64,000 nucleotides of DNA, from assembly GCA_041661005.1 (NCBI GenBank), contig JBAZVG010000001.1, positions 403,307 through 467,306 on the forward strand, in the 5' to 3' direction. Positions 9,453-20,868 of the stretch are shown one piece after another. A program made the translations under genes and the position numbers. This stretch comes from Minisyncoccota bacterium. Lineage in GTDB: Bacteria > Patescibacteriota > Minisyncoccia > Phycocordibacterales > UBA9973. Positions within the stretch are counted from its first letter, which is position 1. Each line of letters starts with the position of its first letter. The notes below the pieces were generated by a model. The model ran no database searches. It saw only the letters and a list, made by a program, of their open reading frames with translations, and was not told the origin of the DNA.

Positions 9453-10655
9453 TTAGTCAAAGTAATTTTTCAACCTTGAAATCTTCTCGTGCTGACGAAG
9501 TTTTTCGTGAACTTTTGCTTCGATCTGACGAATACGTTCACGGGTCACACCAAACTCCTCTCCTACCCGTTCCAAAGTATGCTGAATGCCATCGAGCAAT
9601 CCATAGCGCATCTCAAGAATTTTGCGTTCTTTTGGATTAAGTTCATTCAAGACTTCACGGATTTGGTCAGAAAGAATTCTGCGAGAAGATTCTTGATCCG
9701 GACGCAAGATTTTATCGTCCGGAATAAAATTTTCGAGTGTTGATTTATCATCATCATCTCCGACCGGCTGTTCCAAAGACACCGTCTCTTGGCTGATATT
9801 TTCAATCACGTGAATTTTCTCTACTGGAATACCCATCTCCGTAGCAATCTCTTCCGCCAACGGTTCTCGTCCTAAATCTTGAGAAAGCCGACGATGAGTC
9901 TGCTTGTATTTTGAAATTGTTTCCACCATGTGCACTGGAATGCGAATAGTGCGGGATTGATCGGCGAGCGCGCGAGTGATAGATTGACGAATCCACCATG
10001 TAGCATAGGTAGAGAATTTATATCCCTTAGTCCAATCAAATTTTTCAACTGCCTTGAATAAGCCCAGATTGCCTTCCTGAATAAGATCCAGAAGCGTCAA
10101 ATTCGCGGACCTTCCAACGTATTTTTTAGCAATAGAGACCACTAGACGCAGGTTCGCGCGAGCAAGCAAGTTCTTTGCCTCTTCGTCGCCATGTTCAATT
10201 CTCTTCGCAAGATCTTTTTCATCGCTGGCGTGGATAAGTGGATATTGACCTATTTCTTTTAAATACATCTGAATAGAGTCGTGCATAGTGGATTTATTCA
10301 AATCTTTATCAGTCAGATCCGTATTTAAATTTAGTAAGTTTCCGCCTTCTAAGACATCAATACCAGCAGTCGCAAACTTTTCATAAAGTTCATCCAAAAA
10401 TAGAATATTATTTTCAATGTCGGGAAAAATTTTTAATATTTCATCGTAAGTGATGAATCCTCTTTTGCGCCCTTTTTCTATAAGATCGTTTGATATGCGA
10501 TTCAGACCTTCCGCTTTTTTTTCTGAAGATGTTAATCTCACAACATTTTTTTTGCTTGGAGTTTTCTTTTTAATCTTCTTGACTTTTTTTATAATCTTCT
10601 TGACCTTTTTGACAACTTTCGTCTTTTTATTAAATTTTTTATTTTTTTTCTTCAT
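9453..10655 (-). CDS. rpoD: RNA polymerase primary sigma factor
   Basis: [45 protein letters not shown]; Lys-rich N-terminus. Confidence 0.97.
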   Translation of the reverse strand: MKKKNKKFNKKTKVVKKVKKIIKKVKKIKKKTPSKKNVVRLTSSEKKAEGLNRISNDLIEKGRKRGFITYDEILKIFPDIENNILFLDELYEKFATAGIDVLEGGNLLNLNTDLTDKDLNKSTMHDSIQMYLKEIGQYPLIHASDEKDLAKRIEHGDEEAKNLLARANLRLVVSIAKKYVGRSANLTLLDLIQEGNLGLFKAVEKFDWTKGYKFSTYATWWIRQSITRALADQSRTIRIPVHMVETISKYKQTHRRLSQDLGREPLAEEIATEMGIPVEKIHVIENISQETVSLEQPVGDDDDKSTLENFIPDDKILRPDQESSRRILSDQIREVLNELNPKERKILEMRYGLLDGIQHTLERVGEEFGVTRERIRQIEAKVHEKLRQHEKISRLKNYFD

Positions 10656-10663
10656 ATTTTTTA

Positions 10664-12499
10664 TTAACGACTATTTTTAATTTCCTCTTTTCTTTTATTT
10701 ATTTCACTTATTTTTTTTAAAATCTCCACTTCTTCTTTTTTGTCTTTAAGATTTTTAAGTTCTATCATTTTTCTTACAAGTTCTTCATTTAAATATTCTT
10801 CCTCGATTGAAAGCAACATCTCATTCACATCCTTCTGTAAATTTTCACTATCCAAATAAAATGCTTCCGCTTCATAAATTAAATCTTCCTTTATATTTTT
10901 ATATTTTTCTCTCGCTTGGTCCTTCGGCCCAGAGCCTATAGGCGAGGCTAATTTTTCAAAAATGGTGTTCGGATCTATAGTCTTGTTTTTCACGCTCTCT
11001 TGCCAGAAAGCTATTCCAAACAACCTTCTCTCGATCGGATCTTTTCTAAAACTTTTCTCCACATTTTCGATAGCAGTCTTGATTTCTTTACTTTCAGTCT
11101 CCATCGCCGATATCACTTTCTTTAGATCTTCCACCAAAGCATCTTCTTTTATTCCAGATTTGTCACTAATGAGTGTTATGAAATGAGATTTTTCGATAGA
11201 ACTTTCTAGATCATTCACAAATGGCAACAAGCGCTCTTGTATCGCTCTACCGATTTTTCTTTGGTCGGGAGCGAACTCTTTCAAGATTCTCTCTAGTATA
11301 GACGGAATAAAGTGCTTGGAATTACGTATCGCTTCGTGCCAGGCATCTTTGCCTTCTTTGGAAATAATATCTGCTGGGTCCATGCCTTCTTTCATACTTG
11401 CCACTTTCACGTCCATACCCATAGACAACGCAATTTTTGCAAAACGGTTTGAAGCATTCGCCCCAGCCTTGTCTGCGTCATATGCCAAGACAATATTTTT
11501 TGACAGTCTAAAAACTAGCCCTAAATTATTTATCATATTTTCCTTGGAAACTATCACATCAGTCATCGCCGTGCCAGAAGAAGCCACCGTATTTTTAAAA
11601 CCTGCCTGATGAGACAAAACTAAATCCATTTGGCCCTCGACCAAGATAGAAAAGTTATTTTTGCGAATAGAATCCTTCGCCTTGTCTATGCCGAAAAGCA
11701 CGGAAGATTTGTTGAATATCGGAGTTTCTGGGCTGTTTAAATACTTGGCCTGACTTATCACCTGCCCTGAGCCTGCCTGCGGTGAGCTTGCCGAACCCGT
11801 CGAAGGGTCGTCCACCAGAATCCTACCTGAAAAAGCAATTATGCGACCACTAGAGTCACTGATGGGAAACATGATTCTTCCACGGAATCTGTCGTACATT
11901 GCCCTAGACCCGCTTTGCAGGTCGGGCGATCCGCCTATGGCGGATTTAGCCTCAGGTTTTTTAGCCAGCCCGGCTTTTTCTATTTCAGTGTCAGTAAAAT
12001 TCTTAGACTTTAAATAATCGTAAAGTTTTCGCCAATCCAAAATAGCAAAACCTATTCTAAAATCTTTAATAGTTTTTTCTTCAAGTCCGCGAGATTTCAA
12101 ATATTCTTGTGCTTCCTTATTGTTCTTGAGATTATTTTCAAAGAACTTCGTGGCCTCTTCCATCACTTCATAAAGTTTTTCCTTTTCGCTCTTTGTCTCT
12201 TTGGCCTCTTTGCTATAAGTTTCGAGTTGGATGCCAGCTCTATCCGCCAAAAGTTTTAGCGCGCCCTTAAAATCAAGCCCTTCGAATTCTTCCACAAAAG
12301 TAAAAATATCCCCCGAAGCTCCGCAACCGAAACAATAATAACTCCCTCGCTCCGGACTGACAAAAAAGCTGGGTGTCTTTTCATTATGAAACGGACACTT
12401 GCCTTTCCAGCTCTTCCCCGCCTTGTCCAGCTTTATGTATGATGTCACAAGCGAGAGAATATCTATTCGTGATTTTATTTGATCAACAGATGAGGACAT
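10664..12499 (-). CDS. dnaG: DNA primase with three in-frame palindromic insertions
   Basis: CPFH..KTPSF zinc finger; [11 protein letters not shown]; KYLNSPET; TOPRIM EG.MD and DAD. Confidence 0.97.
   Translation of the reverse strand: MSSSVDQIKSRIDILSLVTSYIKLDKAGKSWKGKCPFHNEKTPSFFVSPERGSYYCFGCGASGDIFTFVEEFEGLDFKGALKLLADRAGIQLETYSKEAKETKSEKEKLYEVMEEATKFFENNLKNNKEAQEYLKSRGLEEKTIKDFRIGFAILDWRKLYDYLKSKNFTDTEIEKAGLAKKPEAKSAIGGSPDLQSGSRAMYDRFRGRIMFPISDSSGRIIAFSGRILVDDPSTGSASSPQAGSGQVISQAKYLNSPETPIFNKSSVLFGIDKAKDSIRKNNFSILVEGQMDLVLSHQAGFKNTVASSGTAMTDVIVSKENMINNLGLVFRLSKNIVLAYDADKAGANASNRFAKIALSMGMDVKVASMKEGMDPADIISKEGKDAWHEAIRNSKHFIPSILERILKEFAPDQRKIGRAIQERLLPFVNDLESSIEKSHFITLISDKSGIKEDALVEDLKKVISAMETESKEIKTAIENVEKSFRKDPIERRLFGIAFWQESVKNKTIDPNTIFEKLASPIGSGPKDQAREKYKNIKEDLIYEAEAFYLDSENLQKDVNEMLLSIEEEYLNEELVRKMIELKNLKDKKEEVEILKKISEINKRKEEIKNSR
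10921..10948. repeat. 28-bp palindromic element (family C) inside dnaG
   Basis: ccttcggcccagagcctataggcgaggc; resembles 25412-25439. Confidence 0.7.
11765..11807. repeat. Nested REP-like elements inside dnaG
   Basis: ccctgagcct[gcctgcggtgagcttgccgaaccc]gtcgaaggg; encodes [14 protein letters not shown]. Confidence 0.75.
11901..11945. repeat. Two adjacent palindromic elements inside dnaG
   Basis: gccctagacccgctttgcaggtcgggc followed by atccgcc-tat-ggcggat; encodes [15 protein letters not shown] just before YDRFR. Confidence 0.7.
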
Positions 12500-12534
12500 A
12501 AATTTTTGATCATTATTTTTACTTAACTTAAAAA

Positions 12535-13011
12535 CTATTTTGTGAATTTGAAAGTGGAAAGGATTGCATCATATTCCGTCTTGTATTCTTTTGGAATAAG
12601 ATATGGGGATGGTAAAAGGGCTACGAATACATCCGAATTATTAGCAATCAATTCTGTAAAAGCACGCCCATTTGGCTTTTGAAACTCATTTTTAATCTCT
12701 ACCCATTCATTTTTTGGATATAACACAATACTGAACAAAATAAGAGTATCAATCGGCTTTGGTGTTTGAAAAGAAAAAGACACTATTTTTTGATTCAGAA
12801 TTGGACTTTCTTCGGATTGCATGGACCATGCTGTTGGATATTTAAACTCAAACCCATATTTCTCATTCGTATATGTTTCCCAATCAGAAGTGTCAGGACC
12901 CCAGTTATGATTCTTATCATATGTGGGTTGTGAAAAATACATATATGTATAGCTTCCAGCACCTATAATCACAACTGCTATAATAATTCCCCAAATAATT
13001 TTTTTGTTCAT
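12535..13011 (-). CDS. Membrane-anchored PsbP-like surface protein
   Basis: N-terminal TM; WETYTNEKYGFEFKYP; C-terminal ILSTFKFTK. Confidence 0.7.
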   Translation of the reverse strand: MNKKIIWGIIIAVVIIGAGSYTYMYFSQPTYDKNHNWGPDTSDWETYTNEKYGFEFKYPTAWSMQSEESPILNQKIVSFSFQTPKPIDTLILFSIVLYPKNEWVEIKNEFQKPNGRAFTELIANNSDVFVALLPSPYLIPKEYKTEYDAILSTFKFTK

Positions 13012-13077
13012 ATTATTTAAAATAAGCTTATGAATTATGGATAATTTCGACTTTATATAAATATTACTAATAACTGC

Positions 13078-13108
13078 TTGACATATTTTTTGTATTTGCT
13101 AATATAAT
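13078..13108 (+). promoter_or_regulatory. Sigma70-type promoter pointing at the 3' end of the PemK gene
   Basis: TTGACA at 13078-13083, then TGcTAATAT (16-bp spacer) or TATAAT at 13103-13108; no + strand ORF follows. Confidence 0.6.
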
Positions 13109-13111
13109 GGG

Positions 13112-13162
13112 TATTATGGCTTCGGCCTCCGAGAAACCCCGCGAAAGCGGGGTTTCGATTTT
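13112..13162 (+). ncRNA. Putative ~50-nt small RNA with two tetraloop hairpins
   Basis: ggc-TTCG-gcc (13118-13127); gaaaccccgc-GAAA-gcggggtttc (13133-13156); short T-run; promoter directly upstream. Confidence 0.5.
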
Positions 13163-13574
13163 ATATGCTATCCTTAAAAACCTTCATAATTTTTTCGAAA
13201 TCATCTATCGATACAAGATCAACTTTTCTTAAAAGTCTTTTGTTGCTGATAACGCGAGCTTGAGTTAGTTTGACCCATACAGGCCTTTCTTCACACTCAC
13301 CAGTTTTGATATTTTTTATTTTTACAAAAATCTTATAATGAAATTTGTCATTCTTTTCCCTGCTCGTAATTGGCAACACAAACATTGTTTCTTTGCTATA
13401 AACACTTAGCACTAAAACAGGTCTTTCAAAACTATCATTCTTGCCATCTATTTCTGCTCCCAAATTTAATCCTAAAGAACACCACCACACCTCTCTTGGA
13501 TGCGCAAAAATTTCCCTATTTTCTTTTTCAAAAGTTTTTTTAAGATTATTCCATTTGTCAAAATCTTTTTGCAT
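13161..13574 (-). CDS. PemK/MazF-family endoribonuclease toxin with no adjacent protein antitoxin
   Basis: MQKDFDKWN...REVWWCSLGLNLGAEIDGK...RPVLVL...LPITS...QARVISNKRL; start moved to the ATG at 13574. Confidence 0.8.
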   Translation of the reverse strand: MQKDFDKWNNLKKTFEKENREIFAHPREVWWCSLGLNLGAEIDGKNDSFERPVLVLSVYSKETMFVLPITSREKNDKFHYKIFVKIKNIKTGECEERPVWVKLTQARVISNKRLLRKVDLVSIDDFEKIMKVFKDSI

Positions 13575-13581
13575 AAATATT

Positions 13582-13721
13582 GGTATTTGCAAAAGGGGAA
13601 ACAGATAAAACTGCTTAGTCCTTAATGGGTCAGTCCTCACGCACACTTATTTTTGCTGTTACCCAGACTACAGAATGTTCGTAGTGCGATACACATTCCG
13701 CTCCCCCCTTTTGCAAACACC
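13582..13721 (-). ncRNA. Putative 140-nt rod-like RNA (6S-like candidate)
   Basis: 17-bp terminal stem with one G-U pair; inner stems agtc-tgggt/accca-gact; TATAAT 5 nt before the 5' end. Confidence 0.45.
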
Positions 13722-13742
13722 TTATAATTATACCCTAATAAT

Positions 13743-16700
13743 TTATTTCTCCGCCTCAGCCTTAATCTTGCTCTTGAACCCAGTCCCAGCTGGAATGAGT
13801 CGGCCGATGATGACGTTTTCTTTGAGTCCTCGCAGAGAATCCACACCACCCTTGATCGCGTTTTCAATAAGCACCCGGTTGGTGTTTTGGAACGATGCGG
13901 CCGAGAGCCAGCTCTTGGTGCGAAGCGATACTTCGGTAATACCGAGCACAACTGTTTCAGCTTTAGCTTTCGCTTCTTCTTTCCCAGTCAATTCCGAAAT
14001 TCTTGAATTTTCTTCCATAAATGCGGTGTTTTCAACGATGTCACCGATAGAAAAATTAGTTTCCCCGGCTTCTTTTATTTTTCGGCGCGAGAACATCTGG
14101 CGAACTATTATCTCTGTATGTTTTCTAGAAATCGAAGCACTCTGCAATTCATAAACTTTATTTATTTCACGAATTATGTATTTTTCAACTAACTCCTTTC
14201 CGCCAAATTTGAAAATCTCCGCAATATCCGCCGATCCATCGGTCAAGAGTTCGCCTTTTTTAACATGATCGCCAACTTTAACCATTGGTATTCTGTGAAA
14301 AGCCACAACGTATTCTATTTCATTCTTTCCACCTGCCTTGCTCGCCTCGCTCCCGCCATGGCGAAGCGGGCCACCATCCAAATCTGAAAGCACTTTGATG
14401 ATTTTCTCTTTTCCATCTTTTGCCGTAATAGAAGTAACTTCTCCATCTGTTTCAGACACGATTGCCGGATTTTTGGGAATTCTTCTTTCAAATATTTCTT
14501 CAACGCGAGGTAGTCCAGTGGTAATGTCAGTACCAGCAACACCTCCGGCATGAAATGTGCGGAGCGTAAGCTGAGTGCCCGGCTCTCCTATGGCTTGAGC
14601 TGCGATAATACCAACCGCTTCACCCAAATCCACCAAGTGATTGCGTCCCAAATCAAGACCGTAACACATCTGACAAAGACCATGCACAGTCCGACAAGTT
14701 AATGGAGAACGCACAAAGACTTCTGTAAAACCAGCTCCTTCAATATTATAGGCTTCCTCTTTGGTAATCAAAAATCCTTTCTTGTAAACTACGTTGCCAT
14801 TTTTATCTTTCAAGTCGCCAGCTAATACTCGTCCACGGATATTTTTTGAAAGTGGAATCTCCATGCCAGAAATATCTTCTCTAGTAACCATTCTTCCTTC
14901 TTTGGTTCCACAATCTGTTTCAGTGATAACCACGTCCTGTGCAACATCAACCAGTCTTCTGGTCAAATATCCGGCTTTAGCAGTATTGAGCGCTGTGTCC
15001 GAAGCGCCTTTTCGAGCACCGTGAGTAATAACGAAATATTCAATCGGAGAAAGCCCCTCTTGATAACAAGGAATGATAGGAAATTCCAAAGTCTTGCCTT
15101 GGTTGTTTTGAATAAGCCCAATCATTCCGGTCATTTGCATAAGACTGGACATCGTGCCTCTCGCCTTTGAAGTGAATAAATCGTAAGTAGAACCTCTCCT
15201 GTCGAGCGTTTTTGGCAGAACTTTTTCCAAATCTTTCTTTGTGCGTGTCCAAATCTCAATAACTTTCTGATATTTTTCTTCCTCAGATAAAAGCCCCTCG
15301 CGCCATTGTGATATTATCTCCTCCTCCAATTTTTTACCTTGAGCTATGATTTTAGGCTTTTCAGTAGATACAGAAACATTATCCAATCCCCACGTAGTTC
15401 CAGAAACTGTAGAATACTTAAAGCCGAATGCTTTAATCTTATCTAGAATCGCTGGCGTATTGTCGACGCCCGAGTGAACGATAAGTTCATCCAAAAGTTT
15501 TGACAACCTATCTTGAGTCATCTCATCATTCACATAAGAAAAATCAGCGGGTAATATGTTATTGAAAAGAAGCTTTCCTGCCGAAGTGTCAAAAATTCCT
15601 CCATCAAACTTGCGATACTTTGGCTTGTCTGTGGCTAGAACTTTTATTTTAGCTCGAAGAGAGATGACTCCATAGTCATACGCAGTAAGGGCGCTATTTG
15701 GACTTGAGAAATACTTACCTTCTCCGATTTCACCATCAACCGATTTGGTCATCCAATAACTTCCAAGCACCATGTCCATGCGAGGATGCACTATCGGATC
15801 GCCATTTTGTGGCTTTAACAGATTTTTGTTTGCAGCCATTAATTCTTTTGCCTCAGATTGCGCTTCTTCAAGAAGCGGAACATACACTGCCATTTGGTCT
15901 CCATCGAAATCAGCGTTGAAAGCCTGACAGACTAGCGGATGGACTTGGATAGCGTTGCCCTCTATCAAGATAGGATTGAAAGCCTGAATACCAAGACGGT
16001 GTAAAGTCGGCGCACGGTTCAAGAGAACATATTTCCCAGCAATAACTTCTTCAAGCATTGCCCAGACATCGGGAGTGCGTTCCTCTATGAGCTTGTTCGC
16101 TCCGCGGATATTGAATGCCAATTCTGCCTGTAAAATTTTAGAAATTACGAATGGTCTGAAAAGCTCGAGCGCCATATGTTTCGGTAATCCACATTGATTG
16201 AGCTTGAGTTCGGGACCTACAACAATAACTGAACGCCCTGAATAATCAACTCGTTTTCCGAGTAAATTTTGACGGAAAAGACCCTGTTTTGATTTCAAAT
16301 TATCCGAAAGAGATTTCAGAGGACGTTTTTGAGATTGACTCATTGCAGCAGAATCATTTTGTTTAGCAATTGAATTGTCAATAAGCGCATCAACCGCTTC
16401 CTGAATAATTCTTTTTTCATTTCGCAAGATTACATCGGGCGCGTTGATCTCTTTTAATTTTTTCAAACGATTATTTCTGTTTATAACTCGACGATAAAGA
16501 TCGTTCAAATCGCTGGTCGCATGTCTACCACCATCGAGCGCAACCATTGGACGCAAGACTGGCGGAATAACCGGAATCACAGTCAGAAACATCCATTCAG
16601 GACGAATTCCAGCATAAGTCATAGCGCGAATGAGAGAAAGCCTTTTCTGTAATTTCTCTTTTTCAGCCACGCTAGCTTCTGCAATCATTTTTTCAGTGTG

Positions 16701-17396
16701 AGCTTTCAACTTATTCAAGTCTAGATTTTTGAAAATAGAATAAATAGCTTCAGCGCCTATATTCGCTTCAAAACAAGTTCCATATTTCAAAGAAAAATGA
16801 TGGAAAGAAATTTCGTTTAAAACTTTTCCTTCATATATTTCTCCTATCTCCTTTTTGGTAACAGAAAGCAAGTTTTTCAATTTCTCTTTTGTGTCGACAT
16901 CTGCCGCATTCTTTAACTTAACTTTATATTCTTTATCTAAGTTTGCGACGATAGATTCTTTCTCTTCTTCATGAACTTTGGTAATGATATATCCAGCAAA
17001 ATATATAACTTTTTCGAGGTCAGAAACTGATATGTTTAGGAGAATACTCATTCGAGAAGGCACCCCACGCAAGAACCAAATATGCGATACAGGAGTAGAA
17101 AGCTCTATGTGCCCCATTCGCTCTCTTCGCACTATGGAACGAGTAACTTCAACTCCGCACTTTTCACAAATAATATCCTTATAACGAATTCGGCGATACT
17201 TTCCACAGTAACATTCATAATCTTTTTCCGGTCCAAATATTTTCTCATCAAAAAGACCTCCGCGCTCAGATCTACCGGTGCGGTAATTTATAGTCTCCGG
17301 CTTAGTGACTTCTCCAAAAGACCATTCTTTTATTTGCTCGGGCGAAGCGAGTCGTAGCGCGATCGAATCAAATTCAGTTGTGTTTAAAGTTTTCAT
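13743..17396 (-). CDS. rpoC: RNA polymerase beta' subunit
   Basis: [10 protein letters not shown] catalytic motif; zinc-binding CYCGKY. Confidence 0.99.
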   Translation of the reverse strand: MKTLNTTEFDSIALRLASPEQIKEWSFGEVTKPETINYRTGRSERGGLFDEKIFGPEKDYECYCGKYRRIRYKDIICEKCGVEVTRSIVRRERMGHIELSTPVSHIWFLRGVPSRMSILLNISVSDLEKVIYFAGYIITKVHEEEKESIVANLDKEYKVKLKNAADVDTKEKLKNLLSVTKKEIGEIYEGKVLNEISFHHFSLKYGTCFEANIGAEAIYSIFKNLDLNKLKAHTEKMIAEASVAEKEKLQKRLSLIRAMTYAGIRPEWMFLTVIPVIPPVLRPMVALDGGRHATSDLNDLYRRVINRNNRLKKLKEINAPDVILRNEKRIIQEAVDALIDNSIAKQNDSAAMSQSQKRPLKSLSDNLKSKQGLFRQNLLGKRVDYSGRSVIVVGPELKLNQCGLPKHMALELFRPFVISKILQAELAFNIRGANKLIEERTPDVWAMLEEVIAGKYVLLNRAPTLHRLGIQAFNPILIEGNAIQVHPLVCQAFNADFDGDQMAVYVPLLEEAQSEAKELMAANKNLLKPQNGDPIVHPRMDMVLGSYWMTKSVDGEIGEGKYFSSPNSALTAYDYGVISLRAKIKVLATDKPKYRKFDGGIFDTSAGKLLFNNILPADFSYVNDEMTQDRLSKLLDELIVHSGVDNTPAILDKIKAFGFKYSTVSGTTWGLDNVSVSTEKPKIIAQGKKLEEEIISQWREGLLSEEEKYQKVIEIWTRTKKDLEKVLPKTLDRRGSTYDLFTSKARGTMSSLMQMTGMIGLIQNNQGKTLEFPIIPCYQEGLSPIEYFVITHGARKGASDTALNTAKAGYLTRRLVDVAQDVVITETDCGTKEGRMVTREDISGMEIPLSKNIRGRVLAGDLKDKNGNVVYKKGFLITKEEAYNIEGAGFTEVFVRSPLTCRTVHGLCQMCYGLDLGRNHLVDLGEAVGIIAAQAIGEPGTQLTLRTFHAGGVAGTDITTGLPRVEEIFERRIPKNPAIVSETDGEVTSITAKDGKEKIIKVLSDLDGGPLRHGGSEASKAGGKNEIEYVVAFHRIPMVKVGDHVKKGELLTDGSADIAEIFKFGGKELVEKYIIREINKVYELQSASISRKHTEIIVRQMFSRRKIKEAGETNFSIGDIVENTAFMEENSRISELTGKEEAKAKAETVVLGITEVSLRTKSWLSAASFQNTNRVLIENAIKGGVDSLRGLKENVIIGRLIPAGTGFKSKIKAEAEK
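14332..14370. repeat. GC-rich palindromic insertion inside rpoC
   Basis: cctgccttgctcgcctcgctcccgccatggcgaagcggg; encodes [13 protein letters not shown]. Confidence 0.65.
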
Positions 17397-17423
17397 ATGT
17401 TTTTAAATAAAAATTAAGAAGGA

Positions 17424-20400
17424 TTAAATTTCTTTACTAACGCCTTTTCTTAAATCCACGTCAAGCGCTAGACCTCTTAAATAATTTAAGAGCACATTGA
17501 ATGATGCCGGAGAGTTGGGCGGTCGGATTGTTTCATTCTTAATAATCGAATCGAAAGTAGCCGATCGGCCGAGAATGTCGTCAGACTTAATAGTGAGCAT
17601 TTCACGCAATGTATAAGCCGCGCCGTAACCTTCGAGCGCCCAGACTTCCATTTCTCCGAATCTCTGGCCTCCACCTTGAGCTTTTCCACCGAGAGGCTGT
17701 TGGGTAATAAGCGAATAAGGCCCAATCGAACGCATGTGAATTTTGTCTTCTACCATATGGTGAAGTTTCAACATATACATATAACCGACAGCGACATCCT
17801 GTTCAAAAGCTTCTCCAGTACGTCCGTCAAAAAGTTTTATTTTTCCGTTTTTTGGCAATCCTGCTTTTATTAATTCTCCTTCTATTTCTTCATGCTTAGC
17901 CCCCAAGAATGGCGGAACGATCGCCTGATAACCGAGACTATTGGCAGCCATACCAAGATGCATTTCCAAAATTTGCCCCAAGTTCATACGAGAAGGAACA
18001 CCAAGTGGAGAAAGCACAACATCAACTGGTGTGCCGTCTGCCATATAAGGCATATCTTCTTCTGGCAAAATTGTTGAAATAACTCCCTTGTTTCCATGAC
18101 GCCCTGAGAGCTTGTCACCAACCGAAATATTTCTAATCTGCGCAACTTCAATAACAATTTTTTTAATTATCCCCGCTTCTAGAGTGTGTCCCAAATCGCG
18201 AGAAAAAATCTTGACACCAATGATACGTCCACGCTTTCCATGCTCAACTCTAAGGGAAGTGTCTTTTACATCTCTAGCCTTTTCAGCAAAAATTGAACGC
18301 AATAGACGCTCTTCCGGAGTGAGCTCAGTCTCACCTTTCGGTGTAATTTTACCAACCAAAATATCATTTTCTCTAACTTCTGCTCCGATACGAACAATGC
18401 CGTCTTCATCCAAATCTTTAAGTTTTAGTTCTCCGACATTTGGAATGTCCCGGGTAGTTATCTCTGGACCCAGCTTCGTGTCACGCACGATAGCAGTAAA
18501 TTCCTCGACATAGACTGAGGTAAACTTGCTCTTTTTTACCAGACGCTCAGAAACAATTATGGCATCCTCATAAGTTGATCCAGACCAAGACAAGAAGGCT
18601 ACAAAAATATTCTGCCCCAATGATATTTGTCCACCCACAGTGCTACTAGTATCTGCCAACACATCGCCTTTTTTTATTTTATCACCCACATTGACTAATG
18701 GACGCTGATGAAATACCGCAAAGTTGTTATTCCTCATAAAATTAACAAGGTTGTAAGTTTTTTCAGAAACCCCCTTAACGGTTATCTTTTTTGCATCCAA
18801 ATAAGAAACAACACCGTCTTCTAGGGCTATGATCAATCTGCCCGAATCCCGCGCTGCCAACTCTTCAACACCTGTAGCGACGAGCGGCGCTTCTGGCAAG
18901 ACGCAAGGCACAGCCTGTTTTTGCATGTTGGATCCCATCAGTGCTCGGTTGGCATTATTATGTTCCAAAAACGGAATCATGGAAGTTGCTATGGAAAAAG
19001 CCTGGTTAGGAGACACATCTATGAAATCAACTTCATCACGAGAAATAGCGCCCGGTTCTGTCTTAATTCTGGCTTCTACTTTTTCTTCCGTTATATTTCC
19101 TTTAGAATCGTATGGAGTTCCGGCATGCGCAATGTTATATTTTTCTTCCTCAAGCGCATTAAGATAAACCACTTCGCCGGTAATGCGTCCCTTTGTAACT
19201 TTTACATATGGAGTTTCAATTATTCCAAAATCATTTATCTTTGCATAAGTGGAAAGATGTAATATAAGTCCAATGTTTGGACCCTCTGGAGTGTGAATAG
19301 GACAAACTCTTCCGTAGTGTGAAGGATGCACGTCTCGAACTTCCAATCCGGCGCGTTCGCGTGTAAGACCTCCGGGTCCTAAAGCCGACAAAGTGCGCAA
19401 ATGTTCTATCTCGTAAAGAACATTTTCTTGCGCCATGAATTGCGAAAGCTGGTTGGTAGTGAAAAATTCTTTTATGCGAGCCTGAAGTGGACGTTGGTTG
19501 ATGATGGCAATGGGCATAGCCGTATCAACATCCACAATAGACATTCTATCTTGGATATTCCTTTTTATTTGCATCATTCCAGTACGAACTTTTTGTTGAA
19601 GTATCTCGCCGACGAATCTCACACGCCTTTGACCCAAATGATCTATATCATCACCTTTTCCATCGGGAGTATTATTTAAAACAATGATATTCATTATCAC
19701 CGTCACTAAGTCCTCTTTAGAAATAGTCCTTTTAGATAGAGACACCTCATCCATGGGCTTGTCAAAACGCTTATTGAATCTGAAACGTCCGACAGGAGAA
19801 AGATCGTATCTTTCTCCTGTAAATAGAGAGTTGATGAATTCTCGAGCATTATCTGCGGTAGCCATATCGCCATCTCTTAGTCGCTTATATATCTCAATAT
19901 ATGAATCGTTTAAACTCTTGACTCCATCTTTTAAAAGACACGTCTTTATCGTTTCTTCGACTGATTTGGCTGTTAAATCGCCAAGCCAACTCGGCGCTTT
20001 GGTCGCCAAGCTATTGAAAACTTTTAATATTTCTTCATTGGTCTCATAACCCATAGCGCGGAGAAGCGCAGTTGCAGGGAATTTTCTCTTTTTATCTATC
20101 CTTATGTAAATACCTCCATCAGCTTCGGATTCTATTTCTATCCACACTCCGCGAGCTGGAATAATTTTAGCGCCAAAATATCTACTGCCTTTACTCTCAG
20201 ACTCTGTAAAAAAAACTCCGAAACTTCTCGCAAGTTGGGGCACGATGACACGCTCCACACCGTTTATAATGAAAGTTCCATGGGAGGTCATCAAAGGAAG
20301 CTCCGACATAAATATTTCTTGCTCCTTTACGGTACCCAAGATTTTGTTTGTCAGCTTTACCCGAGCCTTCAAAAGTCCTTGATATGAAAGTTTATTTATT

Positions 20401-20636
20401 TTAGAATTATTTTCATCTGTTTTGGATTCTCCAAGAGAAAAAGAAGTAAATTCAAGTTGAAACTTTTTTGTAGAATAGTCGCTGATGGGAGAAAATTCTT
20501 TGAAAACTTCCCCAATGCCTTTTTCAATTAACCATTTGAAACTTTTTACCTGTGCTTCAATTAAATTTGGAAATTCAACTAGAGGTTTTTTGTATCTTGA
20601 AAAATATTTCTTCGGACGCGAGGTTATCGTATGCAT
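17424..20636 (-). CDS. rpoB: RNA polymerase beta subunit
   Basis: GDKLSGRHGNKG, GQRFGEME; start placed at the ATG at 20636. Confidence 0.99.
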   Translation of the reverse strand: MHTITSRPKKYFSRYKKPLVEFPNLIEAQVKSFKWLIEKGIGEVFKEFSPISDYSTKKFQLEFTSFSLGESKTDENNSKINKLSYQGLLKARVKLTNKILGTVKEQEIFMSELPLMTSHGTFIINGVERVIVPQLARSFGVFFTESESKGSRYFGAKIIPARGVWIEIESEADGGIYIRIDKKRKFPATALLRAMGYETNEEILKVFNSLATKAPSWLGDLTAKSVEETIKTCLLKDGVKSLNDSYIEIYKRLRDGDMATADNAREFINSLFTGERYDLSPVGRFRFNKRFDKPMDEVSLSKRTISKEDLVTVIMNIIVLNNTPDGKGDDIDHLGQRRVRFVGEILQQKVRTGMMQIKRNIQDRMSIVDVDTAMPIAIINQRPLQARIKEFFTTNQLSQFMAQENVLYEIEHLRTLSALGPGGLTRERAGLEVRDVHPSHYGRVCPIHTPEGPNIGLILHLSTYAKINDFGIIETPYVKVTKGRITGEVVYLNALEEEKYNIAHAGTPYDSKGNITEEKVEARIKTEPGAISRDEVDFIDVSPNQAFSIATSMIPFLEHNNANRALMGSNMQKQAVPCVLPEAPLVATGVEELAARDSGRLIIALEDGVVSYLDAKKITVKGVSEKTYNLVNFMRNNNFAVFHQRPLVNVGDKIKKGDVLADTSSTVGGQISLGQNIFVAFLSWSGSTYEDAIIVSERLVKKSKFTSVYVEEFTAIVRDTKLGPEITTRDIPNVGELKLKDLDEDGIVRIGAEVRENDILVGKITPKGETELTPEERLLRSIFAEKARDVKDTSLRVEHGKRGRIIGVKIFSRDLGHTLEAGIIKKIVIEVAQIRNISVGDKLSGRHGNKGVISTILPEEDMPYMADGTPVDVVLSPLGVPSRMNLGQILEMHLGMAANSLGYQAIVPPFLGAKHEEIEGELIKAGLPKNGKIKLFDGRTGEAFEQDVAVGYMYMLKLHHMVEDKIHMRSIGPYSLITQQPLGGKAQGGGQRFGEMEVWALEGYGAAYTLREMLTIKSDDILGRSATFDSIIKNETIRPPNSPASFNVLLNYLRGLALDVDLRKGVSKEI
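19964..20011. repeat. Palindrome doublet inside rpoB
   Basis: atttggctgttaaatcgccaagc and actcggcgctttggtcgccaagc; 48 bp in-frame (LATKAPSWLGDLTAKS). Confidence 0.65.
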
Positions 20637-20868
20637 GTTTTTTTTACCTAAATAAACAAAAAAGAAATCAAAGAAAAACAAAGGGAAAAATGCTTTTCTT
20701 TAGCCTCTTAAAATATATTTAGAATGATTAAGTTAAAAACCTTGTAATATATACACAGGATTGCATCCGATACTCAATCAATGAATCAAATACACCCTAC
20801 TCTATTTGAACTTTTTTGTCAAATTTCCTTTGGGGATATTGCCTTATTGTAAATTACCCTTCTGATTA

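Noticed and set aside
10540-10655. Lys-rich low-complexity N-terminus of RpoD as a repeat element
   Set aside because: It is a compositional bias without a discrete repeated unit or hairpin.
13575-13646. N-terminal extension of the PemK toxin in the ORF track
   Set aside because: It runs through the predicted RNA stem; the family-like sequence begins at MQKDFDKWN (13574).
13675-20049. Numerous antisense ORFs within rpoB/rpoC and other long genes
   Set aside because: These are shadow frames of conserved genes with no independent motifs.
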